Part shown: positions 54,518 through 64,000 of the stretch, in pieces | Layout of the letters: each line of letters begins with the position of its first letter | How positions within the stretch are numbered: position 1 is the stretch's first letter | Assembly: GCA_030248215.1 (NCBI GenBank) | Contig: JASANG010004046.1 | Location: forward strand, 186,001 to 250,000 | Source: Enoplolaimus lenunculus | Taxonomy: Eukaryota | Reading direction: 5' to 3' | DNA length: 64,000 bases | The notes under the pieces: generated by a model | Told to the model about the DNA's origin: nothing | What the model saw: the letters and a program-made list of their open reading frames with translations, nothing else | Databases searched by the model: none | Program-made: the position numbers and the translations under genes

Positions 54518-57299
54518 CTAAGTTAGCCAGAAACTAAACTGTATGAATCTGACAACGGAAAATGGTACGTGCCCTGATTGATAAGTTTTTCAGCAATTTC
54601 AAATTAGAAAACCCATCTGAATGCGTGAACCTTCAAGACGAGAACTGTATTCAAAAGCAGAACCACTACAAGGAAAAGAATAGGGAATAGATGTCCCGAA
54701 AATTTCTGAAAAACACGAATAAAATCATTTTTGCCAAGTTAAAAAATACATAATCTGCGGGATTCTAGAGGTATTAAAAACTGTTGTTGCTCGCTACGCT
54801 AGCTCAGAAAATATTTTTACATCAACTTATACCTTCCTGAAGTAAAATTCTAGCAACGTCACAGTTCGAAACCTATTCTCTAAAAACAGAAAGTGACACA
54901 CTTCAAAATATATGCCAAATAGAGCGTTCTTTTATAACAAAATTCAAAGCGTGAAATGGTTTTGAAACATTGAAAATAACGAACCAATCGTTACGCTCCA
55001 CGTAGATTTAAACCATATAATTGACAATCTTGACAGAGAATTTTGAATAATATTTGTTAAAATTCACAGTTTCGCTCAGGTTGAACAATTAAGCTGTCAT
55101 TTATATGGCCTGGCAATGATATAAGAATCTCAACCAATTGCCCGTAATTCTAATATAAATCATTGTTGAAAATATCCGTGGTGTCCGCCGAAAATTATAT
55201 TTAGGAGGGACCCGAATAATTTTAGGGGGCCCTTACACCTTACAATTGCAACAGGTAAGGATTGTTTATTATTAGACCGAGTCTATTTGGTTTCCTAATA
55301 CCCCAAATAGAGACACCCTTGGAAAATTTACATTGTATGTAACCAGTGACTATTTAAACTCTAACTACAATACTTCTGCTTTGAAAAAGTAGCTAGTATT
55401 AACTGGATGGGAGGCAAAAAATTCCCCCCCCCCTATTGTTTATTATTTTGCTAGCGCCTAAAAGCTAAGGTTGAGGCTGTGCCTTCGGCTAATTCTGAGT
55501 TTACGCCTCAGTCTAAGCTTATCCCTTAGTATGCTTTTATTAGTAAAGTCATTATGAGGGAGTTTTATGGCACAATGAGTATAATGATAGCGTTTAGCTT
55601 TTAGTCCTCTCTTCGACCGAGTTAGCTCTAAAAACTAAAGATTATTCAAGTTGGAACCAAACTACCTGCCAGGATGTAAACGGATAGTAGAAATAACGGA
55701 AACGGAAACGGATTATAAAAGTTTCAGAAATGTTTTTCTTCTGCCAACACGCTCGGGGTGCGCAGACATTCACCGGTCTTTCAAAAATTTCAAAGTAAAA
55801 ATAGCTCGAATGCATCCGAATTTTTAAGATTATGGATGAATTTGAAAAGGCACCGCAATGCAAGTATTTCGCGATCCTAACTTTTACTTGACGGCATATA
55901 CCATCCCGGGCAAAAACCCTGGCTACGTTGTGTCTGATATCATTAATAAATTTAGCTGCCTATGAAAAATCCCAGAAAACATTTGGCAGTAAAATAATTG
56001 TACGTAACAATTCAAGAACTATTGAAATATTTTTTCTTCCGGAATTTTGTTTTAAAGTTCGCAAAATATAATATAATTTTCTACATGGATACCTCAGCGC
56101 TGAAAACAATTCCCAGCATTCACCCAGTCCTGATTTTATTTTTAACAAAATGAGTACAGAACCAATGATTATATAATTGCAGCCTGCTCACAAGACATTT
56201 GCCGACCGCTAGGCCAGCTAGTCAGACTATCCCTGCTTTTCAGCATTTTTTATGCTTCCATTTGAATCGCGCTACACTTGTGCGACACCGCCTGAGCCTG
56301 ACACCGTGCGTTAAGGTACGGTACCATACGTGAGTAATTCGCGTTCTATAGCACCCCGTAAAAGCACGCTGACGGAAAACGTCGGACGTCATCAAACGTA
56401 TAGCTCCACCCTTAATCTTTCAAAAAAAAATTGTAAACATCTTTCAGCAAATAAAATGTTTTCATGTCAACTTTTAAAACCCTCAAATTTTAGCAGCCAG
56501 ATTAACAATAAAATGAAAAAAGTAAACAATAAGTTACTGTTTTACTCGTAAAAATCCCACTGAAAATGACAGACAGCGAGCACGATTAATCCAGGGCATC
56601 AACTGTATGGCGGGGGAAGGGGAAACAGTTCGCTATAGGTATATCTTTACAACCTCTCACACGCTTTCCAGAAACATTTTGACTGAATTCGTCAAAATAA
56701 TTCTATATATGGTACAAAATTTTCTGTGGCATCTTAGAAGTACTATTGCTCCCTGACTCTCGAATAATCCTTGGTGGTGGGGTTGGAAGCATCTTAAATG
56801 TGTTACTCAGCAACAAATCCAAAAGAGAATTTAGTGATGGATAATCTTGAAATAAACTGCGTAAAATTTTTCATTTTCGCGAATAACGCAATTTTGACTT
56901 TATTGACCCTGCCCCCATTCATGGTAACAGGTAGAATTTCAAAAAGTTGGGTCACACCCTATAAAAATGTCGAACGTTTGATTGCAACGGGAAAATTGTC
57001 TAAAGCTCCTGGACAATATCCCAAGGGGAGCTGACCCCTAAATCGTCGTAGTTACGTTCTTGATCCTACTCACATGGTGGGATTCACCAGAGCTGCCGGC
57101 GGCGTTACTAATGTGACCATAAATACAACTTAAAACACGCATTTTAACAGTTACAACACTTGTAAATGAAAAGATTTTTAATTTTATACCAGTTTTGACT
57201 TTTGAAAAAACGACTAATTCACTTTTTTAAATTTCGAAAATTGGCTGTGGGACGACAGCATAAAACACAAAGAGAGTACTTACTATACATGACTGTTTC

Positions 57300-57950
57300 T
57301 GGGAAGTGGTGGATCCGAGGGGAGATCGTGACAGGTATATCATACAGAAGACAGTGGAAATGAAAATTTTGCGATGGAAATTGTCTGTCAGAAATTAACG
57401 CTGTGTTTGCTGGCTAGAAATGGCAGAAACGCTGAGAAATATGGCAGGAATATAACAGGAAAATTCAATCCTTAGAAATATTGACTAATGTTTATATAGC
57501 AAGAGGGATTCCATTTTCCACGGTGGAAAAATAGTTTTTCTCTTGGTTGATTATGGACGGTGAGGTCTCGTTGGTTTAGCTGAGAATTTAGGATGTGCCG
57601 TTCGGCTCCTAAGACAGTGAAAGCGGAAATTTCGAGCGCATAAGTTTTCCTTTTGTTTGGAGGAACATTAAAAAAGCAGGTAAAGCTTGTTATGCGGGAA
57701 AAGTAGGTAAAGTTAAACTCATATGTATTATCGTTCTAATAGGGATGACACGCTCCGTTTTGCTGGCTTGGAAGGAAAATCAGGATATTTTATTTCGGTT
57801 TGGAACATGGAAAAAGTCGAAAATTCAAGCGCATGCGCTTTACTTTGGTTCGGTAAGGAACATTGGAAACGCAGGTATAGTTCGGAAAACAAGAAAAGTG
57901 AAAAATTGCAAAGAAAACATAGAATCCTGATTTCCCTACCAAGCCGTTAA
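57300..57950 (+). mobile_element. Possible highly decayed 3' fragment of an RTE-type LINE
   Basis: Broken peptides TVEMKILRW, IGMTR...ENQDIL and LLWFG..GNAGIVRK resemble RTE C-terminal EMRMLRW / RLRWFGH motifs; many stops and frameshifts. Confidence 0.3.
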
Positions 57951-58984
57951 AAATGTAGCCGACAAACACGAGTTATGTGCTGCTGCAGTCCTGGCCATAG
58001 ATATACCACCTTGGAAAATTGTAAGTCCCTGTCTTAAACATGGGCCTAAATGTACGCCAGTGTCTTTGGAAAAAGTGTATACAATAGGACGAGTTTCTAC
58101 TTCGTAGGATTAATAGATTGGCATACCAAGGCAGCCGCTTTATGGTGCCCAACGCTTTCCGCCCCAAAACCGTTGTAAAATAATTATATTTAGGATAAAT
58201 TTTAAAACAGTGAACCAATATATACGGTATATATACTCCTACATTGTTAACTTTTTCGTTCAAAACTTGAAAACCTTACAATTTCATTGTGAAACAGTTG
58301 GAACGACTAGACATGCACTGTGTATACAGACAAGGGCGTTCAGGATTTTTTGAGAAGGCATCTTTTCGCCTTTTGGATTCTAAACTTTAGCAAATTAAAT
58401 TTAAGCGCTGTAAAAGTGCATATTTACTCTCCTATTCAAAATTCGGGAAAGTGATACACCTATCTCTATGCTCCCCTTTAGATATGCCACTGTTAAGACT
58501 ATTAAATATAGAAATAACAGCTTCAGTCAATTTTACAGTAAATTTAGTGAAAAATAAACGCATTTGAGTCAAAAAATCTTACGACTGGACGGAAATTGAA
58601 AAATGCACTTTTTGAAACGTGCAAAATAGTAAAAACTTCGAACTCAGTTATAGCGAGTGTCAGGGGTGTATACCAGTAAAAATGAAGTGCAAATCCCTCT
58701 AAATTTTGGACGACACGAGTAAAAAGGACTATTTTCACATGCGTTTGAATAACCTGCTTGATAGAAACGTCCTTGCTTTCGTTCACTGCATTGCCTGTCA
58801 AAATTTTTATACCATTAAAGGCGTCGGGATCGAAGAGTAACGCGAATAGTACATAGATGTAAAATATCAATTAAAAAATTGGTTGTTACTTTTGAAAGAA
58901 AGTTCGTTTATTTTAACCCGTTTCATGCATTGAGTATCTTTTTAGTTTAGGAGCAAACTGCGAACTCTGAATCTCAATTGGAAT

Positions 58985-59190
58985 GAGCGAAAAACGCTGC
59001 GCCCAAAATCCCAATTTCCCGGGTAATATCCGAATTTTTCAAAATCCCAATTTCGCAAAATCCTGAAGGAAAAACGCTGCGCCCCAAATCCCAATTTCTC
59101 AAAATCCCGAGCGAAAAACGCAGCGCCCAAAATCCCAATTTCCCTGGTAGTATCCGAATTTCCCAAAATCCCAATTTCCCAGGAAATATC
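58985..59190. repeat. Compound minisatellite built from AAAAACGCTGCGCCC and AAAATCCCAATTTC units
   Basis: Five AAATCCCAATTTC and three AAAAACGC(T/A)GCGCCC units. Confidence 0.85.
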
Positions 59191-60507
59191 CGCGCATTTT
59201 GGAGGGACCTTTTCAGTATATTGACACAGTGTTTCTAGCAGCAATTGGCAAACAGCGAGAATCTACCGAAAGCTGGAAACAAGCATTGGCGTAGCTGCGA
59301 TTTCATTTGGGGGAAGATGCAAATATATCCCCTCTTTGACAACATTATGGAAACACCTAAGCGTAGTGCAACAAGCCCCGTAGCTGTTGAGTAGCTAAAA
59401 AGCAAATGATTCTGTTATAGTTTTTCAGTCTAATTTCGCCAAAGTATATACAAGGTCATTTACAAGATTTGTTATTGGAATTTTCTTTCCCTTGTACTTA
59501 GCGTCTTTTGGTTGCATACGGCACCAAAAACTGCTAAGATATATCGCCCTATTCTAACACTTGTATGCCCCTCATACTAACCCTTACTGGAAGTGTGCCT
59601 ACTCTTTCTGGCATTTTATTTTCACATTGTTGCCTAGAGAACACCCCAGCTTTACTTTGCTTTGTTTATTCAGTTGAGTAAATTAATTTAAAAATAGAGT
59701 CTAAGCAAAGTAGCTATATTGTTGATGAAATAAACAGCCTATCAAGTTTAAGAATAGACCAAGGTTTTTTGACTAACATAGCTAGTTTCGATTAAAATAA
59801 GTTCCGCCGTACCGCTGTCATCACGAGCTTGCGAGTCACAGTGGCTGGATATTGTCCAAATGATGGTTGTTCGGTTTTTGGGAGCGAATAAATTCTGAAA
59901 AACTTTTGTGCGAACTTTAAAACAATTTTGGTAAAACCAGCTGGAAACGTTTATTTCTTTCCTACAATGATTTTCAGACTTTATTTCACAGCTTTTTCAG
60001 AACATTTTTCTGTTATTACCGAAATATTCTTCAACTTCAACAACGTAATCACATTTCTGAAATGTAATAAATTTTTTAAAGATCAGAAATAATATTTTGC
60101 GCTATCAAACCCACCCAGGATTGTCCCCGCAAAAGGAATCAAAACCAAGATATTGTATTACAATTTAAGTAACACTAAAATTACGTTTGACTTCTTGCTC
60201 GATATCGCTTGTGCCCTTTCAGCAACGTCGGGATCCGCCATTATGGCTTCCCTACTGAACTGCCCCGTTTGATAGCCGATTTAAAATTGATGGTTTAGTT
60301 TCCAAGGTACTCTTAACATTCAACTAGTTTTAGTATACTAATAATATGTTTAAGCTTCTTTTCGACTAAATTATAGGTCAGGTTTAAATAAAAGCGTATT
60401 GTTCTCTCCGCACAATTCCCGATGTAATTGCTGTGATTTGATGCCTTTTAAATTTAAAGTCATATATTATATATTGTATATAATATATATGCATATATTA
60501 AATATTG

Positions 60508-60862
60508 CTGTCCCAATCCAAACTGTCCCGACTTTTCCAACGGGCCCAACTGTCCCGCTGTCCCAACTGTCACAACTGTTTCACTGTCCCAAATGTCATA
60601 CTGTCTAAACTATCCCTCTGTCCCAATTGTCCAGCTGAATCACCTACTAATTTTTAACATGTACAAACGGATTTACGCAAACTTAATCTTATCAGCCCAG
60701 GCGGCCTTTTGTCCGGGCGGCCTTTTGCCCAGGCGGCCTTTTGTCCAGATGACCTTTTCTCCGAACGGCCTTCTTTCCGGGCGTCTTTTTGTCCCGGCGG
60801 TCTTATTTCAGGTCGCCTTTGTCTATCTGTCCGGCGACCACTTGTACAGCGGAGTTCTGTCC
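60508..60862. repeat. Degenerate short tandem repeats: CTGTCCCA units (60508-60635) and GGCGGCCTTTTGTCC units (60695-60862)
   Basis: Directly visible units of about 10 nt and about 15 nt, typical of the interiors of non-autonomous elements. Confidence 0.75.
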
Positions 60863-63800
60863 GATCAACTATATATACGCTTGATAATGTTAATAACAAA
60901 CTCTAATAAGCTGTGTTTTATGAGCCAAATCAATATGATAACCAGGTTTGTATATAGCTAATAATCGAATGGCATGAAGATCCGTTAATTAATAGCCGTA
61001 TAAGATTCATATAATCTGTGAAAATTTTGGCCCCTAAATATTTAATAGTAATGTTAATATAGTATTTGTAGCAAAATTTACTACGTTGCATTTCGTAAGT
61101 ATTCAGACTGGCTCCTACAGCATCTGTATTGCGAATTTGTAGCCGTTTTGCAATTTGAGGACATCCAACCTGGCCCGTAGCTAGGTCACCTTGCTAGGGG
61201 ACCAAAAACTTTTCAGAAGTGTATACAAGACGTTTCGATGAAATACAAGCAAGGTTGAAAATTTTCTAGGGGCAGCCAAAATGCCTTGAAGTCAGCCAAG
61301 CCCCCCATCCTTGGTCTTCCTCTGGCAACGGGCCCTCATTCAACAGTATTTAAAGAGCAGTGTTGTTAGCGGCGTAGCGCTTCTTCGGTGTGAGCTTCCG
61401 GATCTATGGATGGAAGGTATTCCACCTTATTGCCGAATGTTGCTACCAACATGGAGGTCCCACCGAGATCACCATGTTATGTTTGACGGGTCGTATCCTA
61501 AAACTAAGGTGATCATCACCATAAAACATAACAAGCAGGTGCTTTTGCAATCGTTATCCATATTCCACATGTCTTAAAAGTATACATATACGCAAATTAA
61601 AATATAAACATATACGCAAAAATATATACAAATATTTATTTTAAGATTTAAATTATATCTTTAGGTCTAAATCCCAAATTAATTTGCACAAATCGGCAAT
61701 CGAATATAACATAAATTCTAAAATCGCTCGGAGACACCAAAAAAGCTATTTTCCTATTAGCACATTAAACGCACCAATACTTAGCTAATATTGCATTTTC
61801 ATTTCTAAAACATAAATCGTTATGGAAGACAAAAACAACATTAAACCTTTATTGCGTAGAAAAATGCGAATCTATAAACGGAAACAATTCAGAAAATGCT
61901 TATTCGACACTGGTAGCGCGCGAGGCAACCCATGACAAGGGTTCATCATTTGAGTCGGGCATAAAATATTTGTATTTTAAGCACACCTGGTTTAGCGGAT
62001 TTTTCGTTTAGATTTGGCGTCCGAAAAAAGTTAACCATTGAACTTTAGATCTTAGGTGAAATAGAAAATATTCGTGAAGGAAAATGGCCTAACGAAGAAA
62101 ATGACGTGTTTCAAATTAAAAAGGATTGAATGTTTAATGCTACTTCTGTTAAAGTATTTAGTTATTCTCTTAGAAACTATACAAAATGTGTGAATGTCTT
62201 CTGTTTCACCTGTCATTTTTTGAGATCGGCCCAAAACACTAAATCAAATTTTAAAAATGTTAGTGTAAAAAAATTTTCACTAACTGTCAGGCCCATAGCC
62301 AGCTCGGGTCTTTTCGGTTATACTCCTCCAGCCGACGTTTGCCCATGCGAGGTTGGATTTTGAGACTTTTTGAAAATGAGTTTCTCAAGACCTCCCCTGG
62401 CCATTCAACGTCCAAATTTAAGATTTTTGAACAATCGAATTTTCAAAATCCCAAGGTCCGTTTTTGGCACCCAAACTTTTTTGTCAAAAAGACAAATTAC
62501 ATGCCATTTGACGCAGCCTGCAATGCTCAGCCGAATGGTGTTAAATTTGCCGCAACCATACGTATGCTTAGCACAAGCGGGGTTAAATCTTTTTTAGACG
62601 TGCAAAAAAAATTTACCTTCTATCGAACCATTTAAAGAAAAAATATTTGTATCGAGGGTTTTAAGATCGAAATACTTTTAAATGTTTGAAAATTTTTTGT
62701 CGTTTTAGAGTTAACTCGACTGTTATCGACGGTAAAACGCAAATTTTTCTAGATACTTCCTTATCCGAACCTAACTGCAACTCGAATAAATTCTAAATGT
62801 TAGAGGCAAGTTCACGCCAGTTTTGTTGCAACCCACCATAGCTGTATTAGCAGTCCATTGAATCCCAAATTTAAGTACAATTTTGATTATTTTTTGCCTG
62901 CTCAGAATTAAAAGACCCTAAAAGTATTTGTTTTAGCAAAATTTGATCGAAATTTATTTAAAATATACTACTAAATAAGCGAAAGAACATACCGAAAACT
63001 GATATTTGGTTACATCAAGGTCGTTTTCGTAAAATGTTTTTGAAAACTTCACCCAAACTTCTAACTATGTTTACAAACAAAAGTACTAAATCGTTTAGGC
63101 AATTAAGCAAAGTGTCTAGCCGCGTTGACTGCAATTTCAATTTTCAAAACCTTTATTAAATTATTACCTTGACAATAAAACAAATTATCTTCTGAAACCA
63201 AACTTTGGTACCAGGCCAGGTACCATAAAAATCCCTGTACAAAAATGCTGTTCCGGAATATAATCGAACAATAAACAAAACTAACTTGTATAATAAAATT
63301 TTCCGAATTTTAGAACTATTTCTTGCAAACTACAAAACAGTTTAAAAACAATTCGGTTTACCATAAATTTAATTAGCATTTCCAAACTGGTAAACAATCT
63401 TAAAATTTGATCTTTTTCAAGCTAAGCGCTGCCAAAAAAGAATAGTCCCTAAGCCCAAATTTGAGCTTAATCATAAGCCCGAGACCAAAATAAGTTCGGG
63501 TGCAAATATACTTCCATTACTGCAAGGTAGTGCAAGTATCGGGACTTCTAAACTAAGCAAAATCATTTCCGCTTTAGCTTCATCCATTTTAGGAGTATAT
63601 ATTTTACTTTTTGACCCTCTCGTACCAGAGGTGTAGCCAGGATATTATTTCGTTTGGAATATAACCCCATGTATAAGGTTTTCCAGCAGTATTACAATAA
63701 CCGTGGGTGGGGAAAAGCGATGTTTTTCGTTTCTCAAAAAATCTTTAATATATATACATATACATACATATATACACCTGTTATCTCTTCTCTCTCCGCT

Positions 63801-64000
63801 ATATGCGCCCGTGTATCTCACTGGAAATTTGGTTCGTTCGCAGAAGCTTAGGTACTACTGTAAAAAATCGCTCAAATTCTAAGCGCAATTTTATGTTTTT
63901 TTTCCCCTGAAAACAACTTTAAGAACCGAGCGGCACCATTTTAAACCAGATTCTACGTTTATAAGCATAAATCCAATTAGAGAAATGCTCGCAAGTTTGA

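Noticed and set aside
58942..60961. Repetitive ORFs and short repeat arrays considered as coding sequence or a CRISPR array
   Set aside because: The ORFs arise from minisatellites; there is no constant repeat with unique spacers, no cas genes, and the context is eukaryotic.

Overview
AT-rich (about 35% GC by eye), repeat-dense eukaryotic genomic DNA from an invertebrate animal, possibly an invertebrate chordate such as an ascidian (inference only). One protein-coding gene can be reconstructed with confidence: a minus-strand anosmin-1/KAL1 homolog. It has 12 coding exons between 35143 and 3499, all with GT-AG introns and compatible phases, giving 2598 nt and 865 aa. The domains are a signal peptide, a 10-Cys box, an 8-Cys WAP domain, three FnIII domains and an S/T/P-rich tail with a hydrophobic segment. 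It differs from vertebrate anosmin in several ways: FnIII.1 appears absent, the next FnIII domain has an insertion of about 120 aa, two competing last-exon acceptors could give secreted or anchored forms, and there are three uORFs. The rest of the window is intronic or intergenic. It holds many MITEs (hAT-, Tc1/pogo-, piggyBac-, Harbinger- and CMC-like), a TTAGGC-tract repeat family, a decayed collagen-like ORF nested antisense in intron 2, a possible RTE-LINE relic and a phased array of CCAAT boxes near 54.2-54.5 kb. Most ORFs in the supplied track are spurious. No CRISPR array, rRNA gene or intact transposase was seen, and I cannot support a claim of a wholly new system.
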